A stretch of DNA of 64,000 nucleotides from Sphaerodactylus townsendi (Eukaryota), in NCBI RefSeq assembly GCF_021028975.2, contig NC_059429.1:22196001-22260000 (forward strand), read 5' to 3'. Positions 53,776 through 64,000 of this stretch are shown here, in pieces. Position 1 is the first letter of the stretch. Each line of letters opens with the position of its first letter. The notes below the pieces were generated by a model that saw only the letters and a list, made by a program, of their open reading frames with translations, made no database searches and was not told the DNA's origin. Position numbers and translations under genes: made by a program.

Positions 53776-54083
53776 TATTGTTGAAGGCTTTCATGGCTGG
53801 TTGAATACTGGTGTGTTGTAGCTTCCCCGGGTTGGTATGAGCCGTTTCTTAGCAGCATTATTTCTTAAGACGTTTGGCTTGCATTTGTGGTTGAGAGTAT
53901 TCAGAGGATCTGATAGTAGGAAAGCAAGTGGAGTATACATGCTATCTTCATTGTTACTCACATTCTCCACTTGCTTTCCTACTATCAGATCCTCTGAAGA
54001 TGCCAGCCACAGATGCAGACGAAACGTCAGGAGAGAACGTTGCTAGACATGGCCATACAGCCCGAAAACGACACAGCACCCCG
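53776..54083. mobile_element. Palindromic Penelope-derived element
   Basis: Inverted repeat cagaggatctgatagtaggaaagcaagtggag / ctccacttgctttcctactatcagatcctctg; hammerhead motif at 53990-54032; flanking direct repeat atggttggttct. Confidence 0.7.
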
Positions 54084-55729
54084 ATGGTTGGTTCTGATTA
54101 GTACTTGGATGAAAGACCACCTGGGGAAATATAGAGTCACTATGCAGAGACAGACAGTGGCTTATAATCTCTGATGGTCTTCTGCAGTGTAAACCTTACA
54201 AGGCCACCCAAAGCCAATAACTCTTTCCACTACCCACAGTTAAGCAACTCTGATCTGTGATCATGCAGCCCAGCAAAAGTTGCACTGAGTCACGGCATCC
54301 CCATTTGCACATGAATACAAAAACAACCCAGGGCAGTATAATTTGCATGGGCTACACAAGACAAAACAGATTTCCACTAATAGCAAATCTAATTGTCTGA
54401 TTAATGGAAAGTAATTTATTGAAGCAAATAATTGTTGACACAGTGCATAAAAAAACACACTGAATGTCAAAAAGAAGCTATACCAATTCCAAGCTACTAC
54501 AACTGCGATAAGATAGTATTTGCACAATATTAGTTAATTTATTCTACATACTGTGAGAACTTGCTTAATATTCTTTTCAGGTATGCTAATCATGGGCTTT
54601 AACTGGATCATAGGGTATGCTCAGAATGGTACTGCTTTCTTCAAGTATCATCCATCGCTCCCAAGATTAAACGATTTCCTTTTACATTTGGATATATATC
54701 ACATTTCCTCTGCAAAACCGCTTTCAAATCATTCACCTTGAATTGAAAATGTGCATATTTGAAAGGCTGGAAGTAACCAGCTTGCTCACATAACCTGTTT
54801 TGTAATGCCTTGAGATATTTGGTGTAACTGAAGGGAATAAACCCTGCAAAAATACAGCTGTTGCCAGTGCCTAAATAAATCACAAATCAACACTACAGAG
54901 AGCACAAAACATAACCTGGGAAAGGTGATAGCATGAACCCGACCACAGTGAAATGTTTCTACCTACTTTATTAAGTGTCTGGTGACTTTCTTGTTTTCAT
55001 TCCTCTGCAGAGATCCCAGACAATGGGTAGGTCCCAGATGAGGACTCAGTTACAGACTCCTTGAGTGGTCCCAGGCAAAGCTCAGAACCTCAGCTCTTAC
55101 AATCTGTGCAATGGGAACAACAGCTCAGATCAAGATTTCTTTCCACAGACTCTGAGATTTCAGGGACACAGGTGCAAGGAACGATTCTAAGTAAATACAG
55201 ATCAAAATACTATATGAACAGTGCATTCCGCACATATTCAGACAACATTTACCAGTGTTTTCTGTCATCCCATCTGTTGTGTCGGCTTCCTTATTCTTCT
55301 CTACCTGCCTCCACACACTTGCACTTGTAATTACTACTTCCACAACATGCTGACTTCTACCCCTCCTCACCCTTGCCTGTGTAGAGGTCTTTATACTATT
55401 CTTGATGGGACTTTTTCCTGGATGAATTTAATTAATTATTTTTTGTCAGGAGTCTGGGACTTGATGGCGTGGTGATATTATACTGTTCTTACACCTTCAA
55501 TAGAACTTCTTTTCCGACATTTAATGACAGACAACCTCACTGTATACTACAGTCAGATGGAACAGCCAACTTCTCTCTCCTTTTCTAACAGATCCTACTC
55601 CAGGGCTTTGAAGAGCAGCCCAGAAAATGTTGACTGTTGGAACAGAGCCACGCCAAGGAAAATTGGGCATCAGGCTACTTAAGGCAAAACCACAGAAGCA
55701 AGGACAGTAGAGTAGCCCTACTTGCTCAT

Positions 55730-55878
55730 GCAGGGGTCTGCAACCTGCGGCTCTCCAGATGTTAATGGACTACAATTCCCATCAGCCCTTGCCCGCATGG
55801 TCAATTGGCCATGCGGGCAGGGGCTGACGGGATTTGTAGTCCATGAGCATCTGGAGAGCCGCAGGTTGCAGATCCCTG
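55730..55878. mobile_element. Palindromic hAT MITE
   Basis: caggggtctgcaacctgcggctctccagatg ... catctggagagccgcaggttgcagatccctg. Confidence 0.85.
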
Positions 55879-56249
55879 CGAGTCATGACCTTTTCAAGCT
55901 GCCTTGAGCAACGAAGAAAAGTAGCATATATTTTAATAAAGTCAACCCAGAGCTCTCCCCACCTGTAGCCCATCCTGTCCCCTTTCTCAGCAGAAGGAAA
56001 CTGTTCCACAGGGGAGAATGTCTGCCAGTGCAGCGTTTCTCCCCCACTGTCCGACTCACCACGCTCGCTTACATCCCCTCTTCTGTTGAATGCATTTTTA
56101 TTCAGCCCTCCCTCCCTCCCTCCCTCCAAGAAGCACCCTGTTCTCCTTTCCCCGTTTTACCTTCACAACAGTCCTGCAGTAGAAGACACTGAGGGGAAAA
56201 TGACTGAACTACGGGAGACCAACCCAACATTTATGGCCCGCCCCTTTCT

Positions 56250-57900
56250 GCCCTCAGGACGAACTCCAACCCAGCAGACCCGCCGACCCCGACAGTTGCC
56301 GCTTCTCCCCATTCCCCGGCTCCGACCCGGCCCTTTTTCTTTGGTGGGGGGGGGGCGCGCCAGTTTTCTCAACCCCCTCCTCGCGCTCCTTGCTCCGGGG
56401 CGTCAAGCAGTCGACCTCTTTCCCCACCTCCCCACCAGGCTCCCTTGGGCGACCGCCTGTGTGCTGCTCCCCACAGTTCTAAGGGGGCTGCCAGCTATCA
56501 ATGGTGCTCGCCCGCTGAACCTCCCCTCGGGGGCTCATTGTCTCCCGCAGCCTCCTGCGCATACCTGGTTTCAGCACGCGAGTCTTGAGTGCAAGAGGTG
56601 CCCAGGCGAGCGCAAAGCCCCGCGCGACCCGCCCTTGTGCCCACCCGCACCGGCGCGTCCAGGTGCTTCTGGGCAGAAAGGGCAGGTGGGCCGTCCCATC
56701 TCCGTCCAAGGGCGTGTCCACCCCTCCATGGGCAATCAGCCGTTCGGGTTGCCCTTGAAGCCACGCTCCCTGGTCCGCGGAATGAGAAGATTCGGCTCTG
56801 GGGAGGCCTGGTCTGCAACCGGGGGCGTATCTACGAAAAATGGAGGGGGAGGGGAAGCTGAGTTTTGCGCTTTTATAGTTATAGAACTATAGTTATAATT
56901 CTCATCGTGATAACCATTGTTATAACGTTCTCAGACAGCTGACACTGGCAGCAGCCCCTTCCCCGGTTCCACCCCCCCCCCCCCAAGGCCCCCTGAGCCT
57001 GCTGTGGTTAGCAGGGCCGTTGCGATCGGTATATCGATCGCTATACCGATCGGTATAATGATCGCTATACCGATCGGTATATCGATCGTTATACCGATAG
57101 ATATAACGATCGATATACTGATCAGTATAACGATCGATATAACGATCGGTATAGCGATCATTATACCGATCGGTATAGCGATCGATATAACGATCGTTAT
57201 ACTGATCGCAACGGCCCTGCTAACCACGGAAGGCTGAGGGGGCCGTGGTCCGGGGGAGGGGCGCTGGGAAAGGGGTCGGCTCTCCCGAGCACTGTGGGTT
57301 GGGTGCTGGGCGCCGATTGGCCGACGCGCGGGCATTGGCGCAGGAAGCCGCCCGGTGGTTGCCTGAGGCGCGCGGCGCCCTGCTCGGGGCCAGGGGGGCC
57401 GGCTGCTGGAGCTCAGAAGAGCGCGAGGGGAGCGGGGCGCCGGGCGCGCCTGCAGCGGGGCCGAGGGCAGAGGGGTTCGCGCACGGGCGGCGGGGGAGGT
57501 GGGCTCCCGGGCAGAGCGGGAGGGAGGGAGGGAGGCCCGCGGAGGTGGCGGCGCTGCGTCCTGGCCGAGCTGAACTTGAACTCTGGCCCCGCCAGAAGGG
57601 AGGGCAAGATCGCCGCCGCCGCTGGGCTCGGGCTGGCGGGATCCTAGCGCCGTTGCAGCCTGGCAGGGGGAGAGCCCCCAGGAAGCCTTGCAGAGCGCCA
57701 GGGAGGCGGGCGGAGCGGGGGGCTCGTGAATGGGGGCCAAGGTTGGCAGACGGGTGGTCACCGGGCAAGAGGGAGGGGTCGCCCGGCTTGCAGGAGGCGT
57801 GGGGTGAACTGGCCCCAGAGAGGGGGGAAGATGGGCCAAGGGGATGGAGGAGAAACCCTGCCGACTGTGTGCAAGGGGGCAGCCAGACATCTGGCTTGGT
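56250..57900. promoter_or_regulatory. CpG island, probable promoter of the minus-strand ZNF gene
   Basis: Very high GC and CpG content; ATTGG boxes at 57316 and 57334; minus-strand donors CAG|GTATGC at 56564 and GTG|GTGAGT at 56059. Confidence 0.6.
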
Positions 57901-58446
57901 GCAGCGGCTACTAGAGCGCCTGGCTAGCTAGGATCTGAGTTCAGATGCCCCACCCCACGTGGGGCTTGCAAGGGTGAGTCTGGGTCAGGCCTCCTCTCTC
58001 CGTCTAACCAGCCCCACAGAATAAAACAGGAGTCCAGTGGCACCCGAAAGGCTGACTGCATTTATTCCAGCATCAGCCGCTGCTGGCTTCCTGAGATGCA
58101 CTGAATTTTTTAAAAAGGGGGAGGGGGTTAACTCTTTGGGGCCAGCCCAAAACAAGAGCTGATTGGGTCAGATGTGAGACCCTCTCCACTATCTACTGGA
58201 CTTCCCCTCTGGTGCCTCTGCTGATCTGAAACTTCCTGATGGTTAGTCTCTAACAGGTTTGTTTTATTCTGCTGCTTGTCTCCAGCTGAGCTGCCTCATA
58301 GGTTTGTTGTGAGGCTAAAAGGGGGGACGGAGAACCAGGTGTGCCCGGTTCCCCATTTCCACCGAGAGATGTCCACTTCAAGAGGACATGGGGACAACTG
58401 GGCCACTCCGGGGGCATGTGGTGGGCCCAGATGAAACTGTTCTGGG
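56895..58446 (+). repeat. Local segmental duplication, copy A
   Basis: Colinear with 62256-64000 from ataattctcat to cccagatgaaactgttctggg; may extend further because copy B runs off the window. Confidence 0.93.
56983..57248. repeat. Fold-back A: 40-bp inverted arms enclosing a 12-bp palindromic array
   Basis: Sixteen CGATCG-type cores alternate with 15 NTATAN spacers (57023-57208); arms 56983-57022 and 57209-57248 are complementary with 4 mismatches. Confidence 0.95.
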
Positions 58447-58751
58447 GGGATGTGGGACAGGGAGGCCGTGTTGCCATGCACACAGCACACCTTCCTCCGC
58501 AGAAAAGTTCTCTGCCTTTCTCTTGGCCCCCTCCTTCACTGTAAGGAGTCCTGGCATCAGGGAGTCCTCGCAGCACCCTGGGAAGGCCATGAAGAGGGCG
58601 GTTGCTCTCTGACATCTTCAAGGCTCACCGGGGGTTTGACTTGCAGGTCCCCGTGTCCGCAGGGAGAGGTGAAGAGGGCACCTGTCTTCCGTGGAGGCTT
58701 GGCTGCCGCCTCCTCTTTGGCTTGGGATCAAAAATAAGCTGTGGTTGCTAC

Positions 58752-60499
58752 CAGAGGCGTACCTAGGCAAACTGGAGCTCTGGGCAAAACCTGAGCTTGA
58801 TGCCCCCCCAATGGGCAGCCCCCCTGCCCCACCGTGACCAAACAATGGTTTTTTACACCAGGTCGTTTCAAAGTCACCACCACATTATAGAGCATGCCCC
58901 AACTCACAAATCTGAACACAGCAATGGGCCATGCCACACAGCAGAAATAATTTTTGGAAAACATTTTCAAAAGGCTTTCAAAATGTTTTATTAGTGCTTT
59001 GAAAAAATTTCATGGTGTTGTATCCAGTCCCCCCAATTGGGGGAAACAGCATCACTTCCAAAGTTATTTAAACTGGGCACCCCAGATTCTCCCTTTAAGG
59101 TGGATTTAAAAGGAGAATCTGGGCTCCCTAGTTTAAACATGTGATGCTGAAATCCACCCCCCCAGAACAGCATCATTTTCAATGGTGTTTATACTAGGGA
59201 GCCCAGATTCTCCTTTTAAATCCACCTTAAAGGGAGAATCTGGGGTCTATCTGAATATGGACCGAAAAAATCACGTGACGCACGTGTGCTGCGCAGTGGC
59301 TTATGTGTTTTACAATTATAAATTACAATATCTAGACATACATAAAATGCAATTGCTATAATAAATGTTCTTTTTCATTACAGATATCTCCAATGGGAGA
59401 ACTTCAGTAACTCCGATGTATACAGTATCTTCCTTCGTTGTTGTTAACAAGGCTACTGCTTTAGCTGTTGTCTCTTTTCATGTGTATTGGATGTCGAATC
59501 GGTGACTCAATCTTTAAGTCTTTAAGCTCATGAATTGTTTTCCTCAAGGTGTAAACATAATCACCACTTTCATGAATGGATACAATGTTACCATCACAGC
59601 ATCTCCCTCTGGAGTATTGTTAAGAGGCGATTAAAGGAGCCATACATCTGAGTCAACATTGCAGAAGCTACATGCGTTTGTTAGCTTTTCGACTGCCTTC
59701 ATCAGTGCTCCATTCCTAGTCTTCTTCCCTGAATCGCTTCTCTCCAGAGTCTCTCCTCTGCTGAGTTTGTTCTCTTTCTTATTTACAACACACGTCACTG
59801 GGGTCCCCAGTTTAAACAACATTGAAAGTGATGCTATTTTGGGGTGGATTCTTCCCCATCCTGAAACAGCACCTCTTTCAATGTTAAAACTGGGGACCTC
59901 AGATTCTCCCTTTAAATCCATGCCAAAGGGGGTGGATTTAATAACAACAACAACAACAACCTTTATTAGGCATTGAGAGAATAAAAGAAAGAAAGAAAAC
60001 AAGCATTGGCAGTAAGGGAGTGGATTTAAAAAAGAGAATCTGGGGAAATTTAGGGGGTGCCTGTTGTCAGGGTGCAATTATTAAGATAGCAGCACGAAAA
60101 TTTCAGTGTACCTTTGTGAGACCCTACTGATGATACCGCCCATGTTTGGTGAGGTTTGGTTCAGGGGGTCCAAAGTTATGGACCCTCAAAGGTGTAGCCC
60201 CCATCTCCTATTAGCTCCCATTGGAAACAATGGGGGATGGGGGCACTCCCTTAGGGAGTCCATAACTTTGGACTCCGTAAACCAAACCTCACCAAACCTG
60301 GGTCATATCATCAGGAGAGTCTCCCAAAAATCCCTGAAATTTTGGTGCTGCTAGCCTACAATCTGCACCCCCTGCAAGCCAAAAACAAAACCCACTGAAA
60401 ATACAAAATCCCCCACAAATGAACCTGCAATTTTGTCGCCCACCACAAGGTGGCGCCCTGGGCAGCTGCCCACTTTGCCCAATGGGAGGAACGCCTCTG
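58752..60499. mobile_element. Probable hAT-type non-autonomous composite element
   Basis: Termini cagaggcgt / acgcctctg; interior shares blocks with 43400-44145; no TSD seen. Confidence 0.5.
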
Positions 60500-60504
60500 C
60501 CTTA

Positions 60505-60652
60505 GCCTACTCACAGTTCTTTGAAGCTCTCTCAGCTGCACCCACCTCACAGTGTATGTGCTGTGCAGGTGGGAAGGGAAAGGAGATGGTCAGCCCCTTT
60601 GAGTCTCCTTAGAGGAGAAAAAGGGGGGATGTAAATCCAACTCTTCTTCTTC
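60505..60652 (+). mobile_element. 5'-truncated Squam3-like SINE
   Basis: Body and (ctt)n tail match the family. Confidence 0.75.
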
Positions 60653-60850
60653 TAAGCTACTCAGACATCTATTCTCTTAAACAGTGACGTATACCTATCA
60701 AGTCTAAACACTTCCCCTTCGCTTCTTTCCATCTCTTCCCTCTTACCTGTGGATTCAGAATGACTAACCCAGTTTGGGGGATTTGCAACATTTTACCCTC
60801 TGACCGTTGCATTTATTTTGCAAGCCTACAACTTCCTCTTTTTTCCATTT

Positions 60851-61108
60851 TTTGGTGCACACAACAACACGCACTGGGATCTAACTTCAATGCAAGAGAA
60901 AGCATTGATATAATAAGAAATAAGTAATGTTGAGACATTACTTAACATTAATATATATTAGAGATGGAACAGGCATTTGGTGCACATGACAACACGCACT
61001 GGGATCTAACTTCAATGCTGTATGGAGTGATCCTTTGATAGATTTAGAGATAAGTAATGTTGAGACATTCCTCAACATTAATATATGTTAGAGCTGTAAC
61101 AGGCATTT
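60851..61108 (+). repeat. Two-copy ~130-bp tandem duplication
   Basis: tttggtgcaca...caacacgcactgggatctaacttcaatgc...taagtaatgttgagacatt...aacaggcattt at 60851-60975 and 60976-61108. Confidence 0.9.
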
Positions 61109-62255
61109 CTCCCTCACAGCTGATGGGTTCCTGTTCCTGGGAATGTATTTAAGTCATGAAGATTCTGCTGCCTTACTTACACTTTAGTGGCCTCTACACA
61201 GCACTCAAAGGAAAAGATTTCACATTACCAATATTTAATGACCTTTCCACTGGAAGCAATTACTTATTACCAATCGGTACATAAAGCCCACATTTTCTGG
61301 TTAAAAAATGGCTTATATGTATTTACAGCCAAAATAGCATTATTTTTGTCAGCGACAAGATATGTCCAGAAACCTCCTGGCCGTTCTACGGTAAGAATTC
61401 ATGCAAAAAAGCTTGCAGAGGTGTGTGTTATACTGACCCCAGAAGAAAAACCCCCGTTATGTTTTTTTCTGGTCCTCTCAACCGTTGAGTTCCTAGCGGA
61501 GAACACCCGTGCGACGCATCAAAATACAGGAACCACCATCACTTACCCCATTCTGTGCAGACGGGACACGGACAAAGCCAGATCTTCTTCTGTTTGCTGG
61601 GAATCTCTCTGGAACAGGTCTCAGCTGCAGAAGCCTCCTTTCCTTTTCCTCCTAAAAACACAAGGCCAAGGTGAAGGTGGCTAGAGATACTCTGGAAAAC
61701 TCCCCCCCCACCCCACCAGCATGTCCTTCTCTGGTTACTCTAGCCCAGGGATCTGCAACCTGTGGCTCTCTCTCCAGATGTTCATGGACTACAATTCCCA
61801 TTAGCCCCTGCCAGCATGGCCAATTGGTGCCACTGACCCCCCCCGGCCCGGAGAACAGGGCTGCTGCTTGGGGGGCTGGACTCGGGACGACATGCTGCTT
61901 TTCTCCCCCAAACGCCTCCCCCACCTGGCCTGGGTCCCCCGGGACCCCTGCCCCCCCACGTCCCTCCACCAGACCAGGCCACCCTGAAGGCCGTCTTCGC
62001 ACAAGACCGCAGGTGGATGTGATGGGGTGATTCCGCTAACTTCCCAAGCCTCGTTGAGCTGGCAGCCAGTTTGGCGATGGAGCCCAGAGCCCAGGGTGGC
62101 CTTTCCCAGGCGCCCCCTTCGTACGAGGCCGCACGTCCAGGTTGTGGCGTGTCATGGGAGTCTCTTTGGGCAGGGGGGGGCCGCTGCTGCCCTCCAGTGG
62201 CCAAAGTCATGAATGACAAGGGCCAACCTCCACCTCCCCTTGCATTTCTCAGGTG

Positions 62256-64000
62256 ATAATTCTCATGGTTTTAACCATTGTTATAAGGTTCTCAGACAGT
62301 GGATACTGTGCTGACATTGGCAGCAGCAGCAGCCCCTTCCCCGCTCCCCCCCCCCACCACGGCCCCTTGAGCCTGCCGTGGTTAAAAGGGCTGTTGCCAC
62401 CATTATAGCGATCGTTATAGCGATCACTATAGCGATCGTTATACCGATCGTTATAGCGATCGCTATATCGATCGGTATTACGATCCGTATTACGATCGTT
62501 ATAACGATCGTTATAACAGTGGCAACGGTCCTTCCAACTACGGCAGCCTCAGGGGGCCGTGGTCCGGGGGACGGGCGCCGGGAAAGGGATCGGCTCTCCC
62601 GAGCACTGTGGGTTGGGTGCTGGGCGCCGATTGGCCGACGCGCGGGATCTGGCGCAGGAAGCTGCCCGGTGGTCGGCTGATCGCGCGGCGCCCTGCTCGG
62701 AGCCAGGGAGGCCGGCTGCGGGAGCTCAGAAGAGCGCCAGGTGAGCGGGGAGCTGGGCGCGCCTGCTCGGGGCTGAGGGCAGAGGGGCTGGCGCGTGCGA
62801 TGGGGGAGGTGCGCGTGCTCGTGGGCTCCCGGGCAGAGCGGGAGGGAGGGAGGCCCGCGGAGGCGGCGGCGGCGGCGGCGCTGCGTCCTGGCCGAGCTGA
62901 ACTTGAACTCTGACCTCGCCAGAAGGGAGGGCAAGATCGCCGCCGCCGCTGGGCTCGGGCTGGCGGGATCCTAGCGCTGCTGCAGCCTGGCAGGGGGAGA
63001 GCCCCCAGGAAGCCTTGCAGAACGCGAGGGAGGCGGAAGGGGGGGTGAATGGGGGCCAAGGTTGGCAGACGGGTGGTCACCGGGCAAGAGGGAGGGGTCG
63101 CCCGACTTGCAGGAGGCGTGGGGTGAACTGGCCCCAGAGAGGGGGGGAAATGGGCCAAGGGGATGGAGGAGAACCCCTGCCGGCTGTGTGCAAGGGGGCA
63201 GCCAGCTATCTGGCTTGGGGCAGCGGCTACTGGAGTGTCTGGCTATCTAGGATCTGAGTTCAGATGCCCCACTGTGGGGCTTGCAAGGGTGAATCTGGGT
63301 CAGGCCTCCTCTCTCAGTCTAACCAGCCGCTCAGAATAAAACAGGAGTCCAGTGGTGCCCAAAAGGCTGACTGCATTTATTCCATCATCAGCCGCCACTG
63401 GCTTCCTGAGATGCATTGAATAAAGAAAAAAAGTGTGTGTGTGTGTGTGGGGGGGGGGGGTTAACTCTTTGGGATAGCCCAAAACAAGAGCTGATTGGGT
63501 CAGTCGTTAGATGTGAGACCCTCTCCGCTATCTATCAAGGTGTGCCTATAGATGAGCTGGATGGACTTCCCCTCCGGTGCCTCTGCTGAACTGAGTTCTG
63601 GCTCCCGAAACTTCCTGATGGTTAGTCTCTAACATTTGATTAGTCTCTGTTTTATTCTGCTGCTTGTCTCCAGCTGAGTTTGTTGTGAGGCTAAAATGGG
63701 GGACGGAGAACCAGGTGTGTCTCTCTGAGCTCCTTGCAGCGAGGGTGCGCTACACAGGCCTTCAAGGGGTGCGTGTTTGGCCCAAACAGCCAGGCTGGCA
63801 TCCGGGCAATGGGGCGGAGACAGAAGACACTGGAGGCAGCCAGGACACCGAGGTCGATCAGGCTGGAAGCACTGGTGGGGCAGGTGATGAGCACGTGCCT
63901 GGTTCCCCATTCCCACCGAGAGATGTCCACTTCAAGAGGACATGGGGACAACTGGGCCACTCCGGGGGCATGTGGTGGGCCCAGATGAAACTGTTCTGGG
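62256..64000 (+). repeat. Local segmental duplication, copy B (CpG island; runs off the window)
   Basis: Colinear with 56895-58446; several indels, including ~180 extra bp near 63720-63895. Confidence 0.93.
62357..62562. repeat. Fold-back B: 44-bp inverted arms enclosing a 12-bp palindromic array
   Basis: Nine CGATCG-type cores and 10 spacers (62403-62516); arms ccacggccccttgagcc...gttgccac / gtggcaac...cctcagggggccgtgg. Confidence 0.95.

Noticed and set aside
57023-57208. CRISPR-like reading of the regular 12-bp array
   Set aside because: Vertebrate DNA; 6-bp cores with near-constant 6-bp spacers; no cas genes.
56086-57931. Long Pro/Gly/Arg-rich ORFs in the CpG island
   Set aside because: Expected from stop-poor GC-rich DNA; frames not preserved between the duplicated copies outside the array.
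56895-64000. The two direct repeats as LTRs of an endogenous retrovirus
   Set aside because: No gag/pol/env remnants, PBS or PPT recognised, and no shared TG start; the right end is outside the window, so not fully excluded.

Overview
Vertebrate genomic DNA; the SINE, MITE and CR1 content points to a squamate, most likely a gecko. The first 28 kb keep the gene order and orientation of human 19p13.2: the 3' half of KANK3 (+, 1-4748), RPS28 (-, 6717-10227), NDUFA7 (+, 10773-13594, head-to-head with RPS28) and CD320/Tva (+, 19375-27462, three LDLa modules). A complete two-exon KCNV2-like silent Kv subunit follows (+, 33302-37596), then an unidentified C2H2 zinc-finger gene (-, CDS 45807-46985). 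The last 8 kb hold two diverged copies of a >=1.5-kb CpG-island unit (56895-58446 and 62256-64000+). Each copy carries a 200-270-nt fold-back built around a 12-bp (CGATCG NTATAN)n palindromic array with co-varying arms, the most unusual structure in the window. Interspersed repeats include Squam3-type SINEs, CR1 and L1 fragments, hAT MITEs with 8-bp TSDs (two copies identical), a Tigger-like MITE and Penelope-derived palindromes carrying minimal hammerhead ribozyme motifs. Exon boundaries were read by eye from GT/AG sites and frame continuity; comparisons with other species are from memory, not from searches.
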